NCBI GenBank assembly: GCA_963796955.1
Contig: CAWCNJ010000008.1
Coordinates: 416,001 to 480,000, forward strand
Direction: 5' to 3'
DNA from: Endomicrobiales bacterium
Lineage (GTDB): Bacteria; Elusimicrobiota; Endomicrobiia; Endomicrobiales; JALOBY01
DNA: 64,000 nucleotides
The notes under the pieces were generated by a model that did not search any database, was not told the origin of the DNA, and worked only from the letters and a program-made list of their open reading frames with translations. Position 1 is the first letter of the stretch, and every line of letters starts with the position of its first letter. Below are positions 10,657 to 21,441 of this stretch, in pieces. The translations under genes and the position numbers were made by a program.

Positions 10657-11964
10657 TTAAAAGGCGATACCGGCAGTGAGTTGAATATCGTATTTGTAAC
10701 CGGGGAACGTATATTCGCTGTTATCGGGGCCGACGGTAGTATTTACCAGCAAGCCGGCGGAAAGATCGTAAATATTCGTATACAGCACGCCGCTGGATAT
10801 CACGCCGGAGCCGTCGTTAAAGTTACGGATGTAGTTGGCGCTAAAGGTCATATCTGTGATAATGAATCTGGTTATCGTAGTGAACAGCGCCCCGTAGTAA
10901 CGGGACAGATAGTTAGGGTCGTACAAGTTGTTCGCCAGCAAAAAATCCTTTTTTGAAGCGCTGTTTATCGTCGTAACACCGCCCAGGCCGTTCGGTGCGA
11001 TGATAGGCGTTTTAAGTGCATAGGCCGTCTTGTCGCTGAACAGATTTTCGTCGTATCCCAGGCTGTTATAGAAGAACTCCGTTGAAACGGTCAGCCGGTC
11101 GTTAAAATTGCCCAGGCGAAAACCCTTGGAAAAATTGATACTGGCCCTGGGATCCCAATCACTATTATTCCGGTAGATATCAAGCAGTCCCTGGTCCAGC
11201 CGGATTTTATTTACGTTCTCGCCTTTCGATATACTAGCTTCGCCGAGTATGTCCACGTACCCCACCCTGGTAGAAAAATCGTAACCCAGCATCGGATTAT
11301 AGCTGTTCTTAGACCAGCCGGAGAATGCCATCTCGGTATCACCGGCCATGAATTCATATTTCATTGCGCCGCCCAGGTTATCGGAGGTCTGGGCATTACC
11401 GGTATCTAAAAAACCGTAAAGATTCTTTTTGGCTCCGAAGGGGGCGGTCAGCTTCAAGCCATAGGCGCCTTCGCGGTAGCCGATCTTGCGCACGAAAGGC
11501 TTCTTTTCCACGTTGATAAGATCCGTCGGGTTCCACAGAGTGCAGCGGCCCCATTGAAGCACCTGCTTACCGGTCCTCAGATATACCCGCCTATCAAGGT
11601 TGAAATCGAAAAACAATTCGCGCAGGACGAACGTAGTGGTTTTTGTCTGCGACTGATAGGTGGTTTCAACGTTAGCGAAGGCCTTGATATCATTCTTCAT
11701 ACGCACATCAAAAAAAGAATTGCTGACTATGTACGATTGCAAACCGTTCTCGGCAGCAGTGCTTATCCCGACGCCTTCCATGACACTGGTGATCTGACCG
11801 GAGAAAGCGATCGTTTTCTGCGCTTCTACCTGCTTGGCCGTGCTGACAGGCGCGGTAACCACGTCCGAGCTTGAGAACATCTCACTTTCGGACATTTCGC
11901 TCCCAAGACAGGGCGCAGTTCCCGCGCAGACAATTAAGGCGAGCACACAAAAATATTTGCTCAT
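10657..11964 (-). CDS. Predicted outer-membrane beta-barrel protein
   Basis: Signal peptide, LRELFFD..GKQVLQWG..WNPTD motif and a terminal aromatic residue (GIAF); last gene of the ABC operon. Confidence 0.65.
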   Translation of the reverse strand: MSKYFCVLALIVCAGTAPCLGSEMSESEMFSSSDVVTAPVSTAKQVEAQKTIAFSGQITSVMEGVGISTAAENGLQSYIVSNSFFDVRMKNDIKAFANVETTYQSQTKTTTFVLRELFFDFNLDRRVYLRTGKQVLQWGRCTLWNPTDLINVEKKPFVRKIGYREGAYGLKLTAPFGAKKNLYGFLDTGNAQTSDNLGGAMKYEFMAGDTEMAFSGWSKNSYNPMLGYDFSTRVGYVDILGEASISKGENVNKIRLDQGLLDIYRNNSDWDPRASINFSKGFRLGNFNDRLTVSTEFFYNSLGYDENLFSDKTAYALKTPIIAPNGLGGVTTINSASKKDFLLANNLYDPNYLSRYYGALFTTITRFIITDMTFSANYIRNFNDGSGVISSGVLYTNIYDLSAGLLVNTTVGPDNSEYTFPGYKYDIQLTAGIAF

Positions 11965-12735
11965 TTGCTGAGATTCTCCAGGTAAGCTTTGGTGAAGACG
12001 CTGTTGTTTATTTGGCCGGTCATAATATCCGAGATATCCACCACGGTTTTGTTGCCTTTCTCGAACTCGTCGATAAATATTTGTTTCACCGGCACGTATC
12101 TGCCGTCGATAACGGTGAATTTAATAAAATACGCTGTTTGCATAAGCGTGCCGGAAAGCGAGTACGATTCTTCTTTCAGCACCAGGGAATTGTCACGGCG
12201 CGTCCAGTAGATCTTCTTAGGGTAGTCAACATCGTTAACTTTAGCCTTTATCTCAAATTTATAAACCGATACCTTGCCGAGCATCTCTTCGGTAATCTTT
12301 TCTTTGCCCTGCGCGTCCAGGGCCGGGCCGTAAAGTTCCACCATCTTGCGGGTTTCAAAGTCCGAGCTGTGCGCGTCTGTGCCGCCGATGCTCTCATCGC
12401 GGTTCACATGCTGGAAGGTGCGGGTGTTTATGCGGTACATCCAGAAATTATCACCCACGCGCAGGTAGCCGTTGCCCTTCTCGTTTTCCGGCGCGTTCAT
12501 GACGATAAGGAAAGCATCATCAGAATCCCGGCGGTAATAGCTTCATCTCAATAATTTTGGTGCCCTGATCCGGTTTTTGCTGTGTCAAAAGAACATTGGC
12601 CTTGATGTCCTTCTTCATCTTATAGTTCTCATCGATGAACTGCAGGATGGGAACGATACGGCTTTCGCCAAAACAAAGGGACGGCAGCAGCATAAGCGCG
12701 ATAATAACTAATGATTTGAATTTCAATGTATACAC
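11961..12735 (-). CDS. LolA-like outer-membrane lipoprotein-sorting protein, frameshifted near 12540
   Basis: ORFs 12520-12735 and 11961-12500 join into ...IIEM-YYRRDSDDAFLIVMNAPENEKGNGYL...NFWMY if one base is removed; signal peptide present. Confidence 0.8.
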
Positions 12736-12767
12736 TCCGTTCGTTCGATCTTGATCTTAACCCGCAT

Positions 12768-14528
12768 TTATTCGAAATGCCCCAATGCTTTTGCGGGTGA
12801 CAGGTTCGCCGCCCGCCGCGAGGGGAAATATGCCGTCGCCAGCGCTATGCCCAGTATCAGTACCACATTGCCGCAAATACCCCAGAAGCTGGGCAGAAAG
12901 TACAGACGGCTGTTCACCAACAGCATGCCCATGGGGTTATCCGACATATCGAACGTGATCCTTGAAAGCAGCCACATGCCCGCAAAGGCCGCTATGACAC
13001 CGGCGATGGAAGCGAACAGGGCCAGGAAGAACGTTTCGAACATGAACGTATTCCTGACATCAGTCTTCTGCATACCGATGGCGCGGATGGTGCCGATCTC
13101 CCTGGTGCGCTCGCGTATCGTCATGCGCAGCGTATTAACGACGCCGAGCAGGATAATGAAGAACAGCACCAGGACGGCTGAAAGCGTGATCAGGTTCAGC
13201 ACGCCTTCGAGCTTCAAAATATCGCTGGCGGTCTCATACATGGTGGAGACATCCACCACCGTGCCCTTCCACTTCTTTTTGCCGAGCTCCAGATATTTTT
13301 TCTTCGCATCATCCGTGTTGGCGGTTCTCTTAAGCAATATCCATTCGGGAGCCAGATACTGGTACAAAGGGGCTTTTGTTCCGGCAATAAAGGATGATAG
13401 GGGGACCGTATTTTTAGGCAGATGAGGATAGTAGGTATCGTAGAACTTTTCGTCGTTAAGCAGCACCGTGTTAATGCCGGGCGCGCTTTCATCACTGCAG
13501 ATAGCGCTTACGGTATAGGTAAGCTCGGCCTTGCCTGTTTCGAATTTCTGATCATATGAGAATGAGAACGTATCGCCGGGCTCAACACCCAGGGCTTTGG
13601 CAAGCGAATGCGGCAGTATAACGCCGTCCTTGGACATAGCTTTTTCATGAGAGCCTTTTTCCAGTTTCAGCACTTTTGAGACCTTTTCTTTAGAATCGTC
13701 ATCACTTTTATAGCCGAGCGCCGAGACACCGGTCTGTCTGGCGCCGCGGCGGGCGATGCCGGAAATATAGGCGAGGCCCGGGTTTAAACGGGAATGTATG
13801 TCATCAGCGATCCGTTTCGCGTTCTTCTGCGGATCCTTGATAACCAGATGTATGCTTGCCGTCTCCCAGGGCCGATACCCGAGGATCTCCCTGGTCTTTG
13901 CCGATTCCAGGAAAATGACCGGCTGCATAAAGATGTTATCGTTCTTCATTATCCCGACAACGGTAAGCCGTTCGGCCTGATCCTGGCCAAACATGTTGCG
14001 AAAACGCAGGCGGATGACATCGTTTTTTTGAACATTGAGATAGCGGGCTTTTTCCTGTGAGACTATGACAGGGTTTTCAACGTCCGTCCTCTCCAGGTCT
14101 TTCCAGCTCCCTTCCACTAGTCTGAAAGATGCTTCCAGTTCCTTAAGCCCTTCCTTGCTCATGCCGCGCGTGGTATCGGCGCCGACCAGGATCACATTGT
14201 CGGATTTGCCGTTGCCGATGGCCCGGCAGAACATGCTCATCGCTTCATCGGCGCGTTCAACACCCGGCTCGCCTTTTAACGCATTCATCAGGCGTTCTTT
14301 ATCGCGGAACAGTTCCCTTGTGAGTTTGCCTTTTTCGTTGACGCGCACCGTTACCTGCCCGGTAACGTAACGCATGATCTTATTGAACATATTGTCGGAA
14401 ATACCGTGGGAGAAGGAATTCGCTATAACCAGGATCATGATGCCCAGGGCTATGGCGATACCGAGCAATATATTCCTTCTTTTCTGGCGGAACAAATTCC
14501 TGAGGCTTAACATTATCAATAATTTCAT
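12768..14528 (-). CDS. ABC transporter permease (FtsX/MacB/LolE family) with an enlarged periplasmic region
   Basis: LRNLFRQKRR, ERTREIGTIRAIG, four TM segments. Confidence 0.9.
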   Translation of the reverse strand: MKLLIMLSLRNLFRQKRRNILLGIAIALGIMILVIANSFSHGISDNMFNKIMRYVTGQVTVRVNEKGKLTRELFRDKERLMNALKGEPGVERADEAMSMFCRAIGNGKSDNVILVGADTTRGMSKEGLKELEASFRLVEGSWKDLERTDVENPVIVSQEKARYLNVQKNDVIRLRFRNMFGQDQAERLTVVGIMKNDNIFMQPVIFLESAKTREILGYRPWETASIHLVIKDPQKNAKRIADDIHSRLNPGLAYISGIARRGARQTGVSALGYKSDDDSKEKVSKVLKLEKGSHEKAMSKDGVILPHSLAKALGVEPGDTFSFSYDQKFETGKAELTYTVSAICSDESAPGINTVLLNDEKFYDTYYPHLPKNTVPLSSFIAGTKAPLYQYLAPEWILLKRTANTDDAKKKYLELGKKKWKGTVVDVSTMYETASDILKLEGVLNLITLSAVLVLFFIILLGVVNTLRMTIRERTREIGTIRAIGMQKTDVRNTFMFETFFLALFASIAGVIAAFAGMWLLSRITFDMSDNPMGMLLVNSRLYFLPSFWGICGNVVLILGIALATAYFPSRRAANLSPAKALGHFE

Positions 14529-14531
14529 ATA

Positions 14532-16061
14532 TTAATCCCTTTGGATGGCGTCAAGCGGCGTGATATTGCGGGCTACGCCCACCGGGTAGAGAGAGGCGAC
14601 AACGGTTACCAGCACAAGCTGGAAGACCGTCAGAGCGATGTCCGGCGCGGTCAGCAGCGGGTTGAAAATATCGCCGCCGTAGAGCAGCTGGACCATATCA
14701 TTAGAAGTGGTGATCTTGAACAACGGTATCAGCTTGACCAATATAATGCCGGCCGCGATCCCGGCGCCGCCGAATACCGCGGAGAGCAGTCCTGTCTCGG
14801 CAAAGAACATTCCGCCAATGAACATTTTTCTGGCACCCACGGCGCGCATCATTCCAATTTCCGAGGTGCGCTCCAGGGCGGCCATGGTCAATGTGTTTAT
14901 GATTATGATAACCGCAACAATGAAGAGCAGGGTTACGAACAGGAACAGCGCGCTTTTTATGATCAGCGTCATACTGCCTATCGGGCCCGAAGCCTTATTC
15001 CACGTGATCGCCCTGACACCGGTACCTTTATCTTTCAGGGCCTTATTGAGCTTAGTCAAAGCGCTATTATAGGAAATACCATCTTTCAGTTTTACATAAA
15101 TAACATTATAAGTGCCAAACTCACTGCCGGCATTAACATCCGTTGCCGCGGATGTTTGTTTAAGCTTCGCCGGCGTCTTCCCTGTCTTATTGTTTACTAT
15201 CAGGGGTTCCGAGCCGAACAGAGAATCCATATCGGTATTTTCCATTCCCAGCAGCTTCTTTTCTTCTTTCGGGACCTCGACCGCGTTTTCCGACGCCGAG
15301 AAATAACCCATGCATTCGCGGTACGATTCTATATCGGTAATGCAAAAATGGCCGAAGATGGTGTTCAGCGCCCCGTACTTGATGATGCCCTTGACGCCGA
15401 AACGGATGTCGGTAGAAGAATTTACGCCGCTGGCCGTGCCCATCAACACTATGTTGGAGGAGACAACAATGTTCTTCAGGTCTTCACGTGCTTCTTTTGT
15501 TAAATTGGCCTCTATCAGCTTGCCGCCTTCCGGAATGATCCAGATATTCAGCGCGGTATAAATATGAGAATCGCGAATATGGGTCGGCATCAATAGACCT
15601 TTTTCGCCCGGGTTTAAAACGCGGCCTTCCAGCACCGTGAAGTTGTTCGGGAACATCTTCTGATATGCGGCGAAATCCACACCCATCAGGTAGGTGGCAG
15701 AGGGGGCATTCTCATCTTCTTTTAATATCATAGCCAGATTATTACCGACCGGAAGGAAACGTTCAACATAATCCTGTGACTGCAGCACGGCCTTAATGTC
15801 CTTATAGGTCGTGACCGGCTCAATAGCCGTACCCATCATGTTAATAAGGATGTTATCAGATTTCTGCTTATCGGAGATCAAGACTATATCGCCCATGAAG
15901 GAATTGACGATGTTCTTTTTAATACCCACATCCATACCGGAAATAACACCATTACCCAGCGTCATCAGCAGGGCACCGATAAACAGTATCACACCGATCA
16001 CCAGGCTCTTGCCTTTATGCCTGAGGATATTACGCCACGCGATCTTAAGCATCAATTTCAT
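14532..16061 (-). CDS. ABC transporter permease (FtsX/MacB/LolE family)
   Basis: AWRNILRHK, ERTSEIGMMRAVG. Confidence 0.9.
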   Translation of the reverse strand: MKLMLKIAWRNILRHKGKSLVIGVILFIGALLMTLGNGVISGMDVGIKKNIVNSFMGDIVLISDKQKSDNILINMMGTAIEPVTTYKDIKAVLQSQDYVERFLPVGNNLAMILKEDENAPSATYLMGVDFAAYQKMFPNNFTVLEGRVLNPGEKGLLMPTHIRDSHIYTALNIWIIPEGGKLIEANLTKEAREDLKNIVVSSNIVLMGTASGVNSSTDIRFGVKGIIKYGALNTIFGHFCITDIESYRECMGYFSASENAVEVPKEEKKLLGMENTDMDSLFGSEPLIVNNKTGKTPAKLKQTSAATDVNAGSEFGTYNVIYVKLKDGISYNSALTKLNKALKDKGTGVRAITWNKASGPIGSMTLIIKSALFLFVTLLFIVAVIIIINTLTMAALERTSEIGMMRAVGARKMFIGGMFFAETGLLSAVFGGAGIAAGIILVKLIPLFKITTSNDMVQLLYGGDIFNPLLTAPDIALTVFQLVLVTVVASLYPVGVARNITPLDAIQRD

Positions 16062-16063
16062 GA

Positions 16064-16738
16064 TTAATTTTCCAGGAGGCCGTCTTTAATTTTAACGATG
16101 TTTTTTGCGTATTTAAGGACGTTTGCGTCATGGGTAGAGAATATGAACGTTGTTTTTTCTATCTCGTTCATCTTCTTCATCAGCTCAAGTATCTGGGCGC
16201 CGGTAACAGAATCCAGATTCGCGGTAGGCTCGTCTGCCAGCACGATGTCAGGATTGGTGACCAGTGCGCGCGCGATAGCCACGCGCTGGCGCTGCCCGCC
16301 GGAAAGTTCCGCGGGGCGGTGTTTAGCGTATTCGCCGAGACCCACTTCCTCGATCAACTTTTCCGCGCGCTTGCGTATCTCATAGGCAGACTGGTTCCTC
16401 ATCAGAAGCAGGGGGAATTCAACGTTCTCTATAACATCCAGCACCGGGATAAGGTTGAAGGTCTGGAATATGAAGCCGATCTTATTAAGACGGATGTCCG
16501 TTATCTGCCGGTCGTTAAGCGCGGTTATCTCGCTGCCCCCCACCTTAACGCTGCCCGTGGTGGCGAAATCGATACACCCGATCACGTTCAGCAGCGTGGT
16601 CTTCCCGCTGCCGGAAGGGCCGATGATGCTCATAAAATCGCCTTCCGCCACCGCCATGTAAACACCCCGAAGGGCGTGCACGGTAGTAGTGCCGAGCGGA
16701 TAATCTTTTGTAAGTCCGTTGATCTCGATGATATTCAT
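16064..16738 (-). CDS. ABC transporter ATP-binding protein (LolD-like)
   Basis: GPSGSGKT, LSGGQRQR, LADEPTANLD. Confidence 0.95.
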   Translation of the reverse strand: MNIIEINGLTKDYPLGTTTVHALRGVYMAVAEGDFMSIIGPSGSGKTTLLNVIGCIDFATTGSVKVGGSEITALNDRQITDIRLNKIGFIFQTFNLIPVLDVIENVEFPLLLMRNQSAYEIRKRAEKLIEEVGLGEYAKHRPAELSGGQRQRVAIARALVTNPDIVLADEPTANLDSVTGAQILELMKKMNEIEKTTFIFSTHDANVLKYAKNIVKIKDGLLEN

Positions 16739-16946
16739 TGATTTTCTCCGTCCTGATAACTTGTTTCGCTACAGAAACTGTAATATAGCATTTCCATATT
16801 TCATATTCAACGTATGCTTTAAAAAAAGTTCACGAGAAGAAGTCAGCAATAATGGGATACTAATGATTCAGCACGGAGTTTTGATTTGCGAAAATACCGG
16901 TACACTCGTAACACATTTCACGTGCCCGATAAGGAGGCCAATTCAT

Positions 16947-17537
16947 ATGAGGAATTTTTCACTGCTGTTCATCGCCGTATCATTGTTACTGAGCATAACC
17001 CGCCCTTTGTATTCAGAAGACCTTAAAGAGAGCAGCTACTCGCCCGCGATGCAGACAAAGATCGCCGAAATGCAGAAAGAACTGGAAGCCCATTCCACCG
17101 AACGGCTGCGCGTATTGAGTAATCTGGATACATTTGATAAACTTGACTTCGAAGTATTCAGCAATCAGGAATGGACGAAACTGCACGAGAGCCATGCCAA
17201 CGATGTGGTGGTAAACTGGCCGGACGGCCGCCGCGTCACCGGCCTTCAACAACACATAGAAGATCTGAAGGCGATGTTCGTTTACGCGCCCGATACTAAA
17301 ATAAAAGTGCACCCGGTGAAATTCGGTTCAGATGATTTCACCTGCGTTATAGGGGTCATGACCGGCACTTTCACAAAACCGATGCCTGCCGGCAACGGGA
17401 AGGTGATTCAACCGACCGGAAAGCAATTTTCAATTACTATGTGTACTGTCGGCCGTTGGAAAAACGGCGTTATGATAGAAGAGTGGCTGTTCTGGGACAA
17501 CGCGGCATTCATGAGGCAGATCGGCATAGGGCGGTAA
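16947..17537 (+). CDS. Secreted SnoaL/ester cyclase (NTF2-like) family protein
   Basis: AGGAGG SD before ATG 16947, signal peptide, WPDG, GTFTKPM, EEWLFWD. Confidence 0.8.
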   Translation: MRNFSLLFIAVSLLLSITRPLYSEDLKESSYSPAMQTKIAEMQKELEAHSTERLRVLSNLDTFDKLDFEVFSNQEWTKLHESHANDVVVNWPDGRRVTGLQQHIEDLKAMFVYAPDTKIKVHPVKFGSDDFTCVIGVMTGTFTKPMPAGNGKVIQPTGKQFSITMCTVGRWKNGVMIEEWLFWDNAAFMRQIGIGR

Positions 17538-17542
17538 AACAA

Positions 17543-18499
17543 ATGAACAGGCTGAAACCAAAAGTCGCTGTCATCGGTGCAGGCAGCGTGGGCAGCACCT
17601 TTGCGTTCGCGCTGATGACCAGCGGCCTGGCCAGGGAGATCGCACTGGTGGATGTCGATCAGAAACGCGCTTACGGCGAAAGCCTGGACCTGAGCCACGG
17701 GCTGATGTTCATTAAACCGGTGAATATCCATTCCGGCGGTTATGAGGCTTGCGACGACGCGGACCTGGTGGTAGTTACCGCCGGTGCGCGGCAAAAACCG
17801 GGGCAATCAAGGCTGGACCTTGCGGCCGTTAACACTGAGATCTTCAGAACCATGATCCCGGAGATCGCCGCTAGAGCAAAAAACGCGATAATCCTTATAG
17901 TCACCAACCCCGTTGACGTGCTGACCTATGCCGCTATAAAATTTTCCCGATTGCCCCCGGGCCGGGTTTTCGGTTCCGGAACGGTGCTGGACACCGGCCG
18001 CTTGCGCTACGCCATCAGCGGCCATTGCGGCGTAGACGCCAGGAACATTCACGCCTACATCATCGGCGAGCACGGCGATAGCGAACTGCCGGTGTGGAGC
18101 GGCGCCAACATCGGCGGCGTGCCGCTCACGAACTATTGCGCCCAATGCGGCAGCGGCAACAGTTGCAACGGCGACAACGCGCTGAAGCAAATATTCACCG
18201 ATGTCAAAGACGCCGCGGCCCAGATAATAGCAGCAAAAGGCGCCACCAATTTCGCCGTAGCAAGGGCGCTGGTAACCATAACCGAAGCGATCCTGCGCAA
18301 CGAGAACTCCATCCTTACGGTTTCTGCCCCGGTAGAGAATTACCTGGGCATCAGCGGCGTATGCCTGAGCCTCCCCTGCATCGTAAACCAGGACGGCGTC
18401 AACAGATTCTTAAAGCTAGATCTCTCACCGCTGGAACAGGAACAGCTGGTAAATTCAGCAACCGCAATTAATAAGGTAATCAAATCGCTTAACATTTAA
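17543..18499 (+). CDS. ldh: L-lactate dehydrogenase
   Basis: IGAGSVG, AGARQKPGQSRLDL, TNPVD, GTVLDTGR, GEHGDS. Confidence 0.93.
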   Translation: MNRLKPKVAVIGAGSVGSTFAFALMTSGLAREIALVDVDQKRAYGESLDLSHGLMFIKPVNIHSGGYEACDDADLVVVTAGARQKPGQSRLDLAAVNTEIFRTMIPEIAARAKNAIILIVTNPVDVLTYAAIKFSRLPPGRVFGSGTVLDTGRLRYAISGHCGVDARNIHAYIIGEHGDSELPVWSGANIGGVPLTNYCAQCGSGNSCNGDNALKQIFTDVKDAAAQIIAAKGATNFAVARALVTITEAILRNENSILTVSAPVENYLGISGVCLSLPCIVNQDGVNRFLKLDLSPLEQEQLVNSATAINKVIKSLNI

Positions 18500-18614
18500 T
18501 CCTCTCCATTACACTCAAAACCAAAAATTTTTGATATAATATAAATGTCGCTGCCAAAGCTTACATATGATGACAGGGGAATTCATGAGGGCATTGACGC
18601 TGAATATTTAAAAC

Positions 18615-18651
18615 AAACACCTTGAGCACTTAACTGTGCTGGGTGTTTTTT
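18615..18651 (+). terminator. Intrinsic terminator-like hairpin between ldh and hsdM
   Basis: AAACACC-TTG-AGCAC-TTAACT-GTGCT-GGGTGTTTTTT. Confidence 0.6.
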
Positions 18652-18669
18652 GCTGTAAAAGGATAACGA

Positions 18670-20123
18670 ATGTTCGAACAGGTATTTAAGAACATAGATG
18701 ATATACTGCATAAAGATGCCGGTTGTTCAAGTGAGCTGGATTATGTAGAGCAGACGTCGTGGATATTGTTCCTGAAATATCTTGATGATCTTGAAAGAGA
18801 CAGGAAGACCGCCGCCGAGCTTTCCGGCAAAACCTGCTCGAATATAATCAAGCCGGAATACCAATGGAATGCCTGGGCGTTTCCCAGGGGGAAAGACGGC
18901 AAGCTGGATCACCATAAAGCCCTTAATGGCCCCGACCTTACAGAGTTTGTTGATACCAGGTTATTTCCGTACCTGAAAAAGTTTAAAACCGAAGCCGAAA
19001 GCGCCGATACCATTGAGTACAAGATCGGCGAAATATTCAGCGAGCTGAAAAACAAGATACAAAGCGGTTACATCCTGCGCGAGGTGGTTAACCGTATAGA
19101 AGAGCTAAGGTTCAGATCCAGCGCAGAAAAGCACGAGATGTCCCACCTGTACGAAGATAAGATCAAAAACATGGGCAACGCCGGCCGCAACGGCGGGGAA
19201 TACTATACTCCCGGGCCCTTATTAAAACAATCGTTAAGGTTACCGCGCCGGAGATAGGCGACAAAATATACGACGGCGCCGCCGGTTCCGCGGGCTTTTT
19301 ATGTGAGGCCTTTGAGTATCTGAAAGAAAGCAGAAAGCTTACTACTAAAGACCTGGACACCCTGCAAAAGAAAAGTTTTTACGGCAGGGAAAAGAAATCG
19401 CTTGCCTACATAATCGGCATAATGAACATGATATTACACGGCATAGAAGCGCCAAACATTGTGCACACCAACACCCTTTCCATAAACCTTGCCGACATAC
19501 AGGAAAAAGACCGTTACAAAATTATCCTTGCCAACCCGCCCTTCGGCGGTAAGGAGCGCACCGAGGTGCAACAGAATTTCCCGATTAAAACCGGCGAAAC
19601 CGCCTTTTTGTTCCTTCAGCACTTCATAAAAATCCTAAAAGCCGGCGGCAAGGCAGGCATAGTAATTAAAAACACCTTCCTTTCAAACACCGATAACGCC
19701 TCTGTTTCCCTGCGCAGGCATTTGCTTGAAAGCTGCAACCTGCACACCGTTTTAGACCTCCCCGGCGGCGCCTTCACCGGCGCGGGAGTGAAAACGGTAG
19801 TCCTCTTCTTCGAAAAAGGCGCCCCGACAAGAAAGACCTGGTTTTACCAGTTAAACCTCTCCCGAAACCTCGGCAAAACTAATCCGCTAAACGAGACCGA
19901 CCTCACCGACTTCATTAAACTGCAAAAAACTAAAGCCGAATCCGCCAATTCCTGGACGATGAACATCGCAGATATCAATAAAGAAACTTATGACCTTTCT
20001 GTAAAAAACCCAAACAAAAAAGACGAAGTGGCCCTGCGCGATCCGAAAGAGATTTTAAAGGAGATCAAGCATCTGGACGAAGAGAGCGTTGCAATTTTAA
20101 AGATAATAGAAAGGGGATTGTAA
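18670..20123 (+). CDS. hsdM: Type I R-M methyltransferase subunit (EcoEI/type IB-like), frameshifted near 19211
   Basis: GEYYTP breaks at CCCGGGCCC; one added base restores TPRALIKTIV...IYDGAAGSAGFL. NPPF motif downstream. Confidence 0.9.
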
Positions 20124-20572
20124 TGCCTGAAATCAATTTGAGTCAGTCTGAAGCCCAAGCACTGATAGATATGGAAAAAGTGAAGATTGATGACCAGACT
20201 ACAAAATATCCTATACTCGGTGGTAGCATCACGATACCGCTTGTTTCTAGAAATAAACGTGAAAGCTTTTTACTGGATGTCAGCAGAGGGAAGATTGATT
20301 TATCAAAAGGCACGCATCAGAACAGGGCATTGCAGATAGTTATTCTGGTAAGACTGGATTTTGGCGGCAGGCCGCACAGAAATCCTGATAATCAGGAAAT
20401 ACCGGCACCCCATTTGCATGTTTATCGTGAAGGCTTTGGAGATAAGTGGGCTGTTCCACTCCCTGCTGCTCACTTCCCGAACATAAATGACCCGTGGCAA
20501 ACATTGCATGACTTTATGAAATACTGTAACATTGTTGAGCCACCCAATATCGAACGGGAGTTATTTCAATGA
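20123..20572 (+). CDS. DUF6978-like protein
   Basis: [15 protein letters not shown]...PHLHVYREG...WA motif; coupled to hsdM and to the next gene. Confidence 0.7.
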   Translation: MPEINLSQSEAQALIDMEKVKIDDQTTKYPILGGSITIPLVSRNKRESFLLDVSRGKIDLSKGTHQNRALQIVILVRLDFGGRPHRNPDNQEIPAPHLHVYREGFGDKWAVPLPAAHFPNINDPWQTLHDFMKYCNIVEPPNIERELFQ

Positions 20573-21333
20573 TAAATGAAATTCAGAATTTGCTTGATAA
20601 ATACTTGTTGTGGCTGAAAGACAGAACAGCCCTTCGCCAGGTACAGGACTGGATTGAAATAACTACGCCGTATCTTGACAGACATAATGACTATATGCAG
20701 ATTTATGTTAAACGAGAAAATGGCGGGTACATTCTCACTGATGATGGATATACGGTAGGTGATTTACGGCAATCAGGCTGCGAGCTGGAAAGCAGAAAAA
20801 GGAAGGATTTACTTGCGCTTACCTTGAATGGCTTTTGTGTTGCATTGAAAGATGATGCGATTACCACACACGCTTCATCTGAGAACTTTGCATTGAAAAA
20901 ACACAATCTGGTGCAGGCGATGCTCGCGGTAAACGACCTTTTCTATCTTGCAGCGCCGATGGTTTCAAGCCTGTTCCTTGAGGACGTTACCTCATGGCTA
21001 AACACATATGAGGTGCGTTATACACCGCGCGTAAAATTCTCCGGTAAGTCCGGCTATGACCATATGTTTGATTTTGTTATCCCTGCCTCCAAGAACTACC
21101 CAGAGCGCATTTTGCAGGTAGTAAACCGCCCCAATCGGGATACGGTACAGTCATTTGCTTTTTCCTGGATAGACACAAAAGAAGTCCGCCCCGACAACTC
21201 GCTGGCTTACGCCGTGTTAAATGACACCGATCACGCACCAACCTCAACAGTTCTTGATGCTCTTAAAAATTATTGTGTTAAGCCCATTTTATGGAGCCAG
21301 AGAGAAGATATAAAACTGGAATTGATTAACTGA
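20569..21333 (+). CDS. DUF1828/DUF1829 domain protein
   Basis: [16 protein letters not shown]...LTDDGYT N-terminal domain; C-terminal [13 protein letters not shown]-(D/E)XK-like segment. Confidence 0.8.
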   Translation: MINEIQNLLDKYLLWLKDRTALRQVQDWIEITTPYLDRHNDYMQIYVKRENGGYILTDDGYTVGDLRQSGCELESRKRKDLLALTLNGFCVALKDDAITTHASSENFALKKHNLVQAMLAVNDLFYLAAPMVSSLFLEDVTSWLNTYEVRYTPRVKFSGKSGYDHMFDFVIPASKNYPERILQVVNRPNRDTVQSFAFSWIDTKEVRPDNSLAYAVLNDTDHAPTSTVLDALKNYCVKPILWSQREDIKLELIN

Positions 21334-21441
21334 GTGGCAATAAGCATCAGATGGAAAACAGGGGAATCTTAAGTATAAAAATAAAACTAAAATGAATATC
21401 GAATTATTTAACTCAGTGTTATTCACACATAAAATTTTTAA

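Noticed and set aside
14541..15503. Long antisense ORFs (320 aa here; also 1438-2031, 47384-48151, 54178-54951)
   Set aside because: They are shadows of well-supported genes on the other strand with no recognisable motifs
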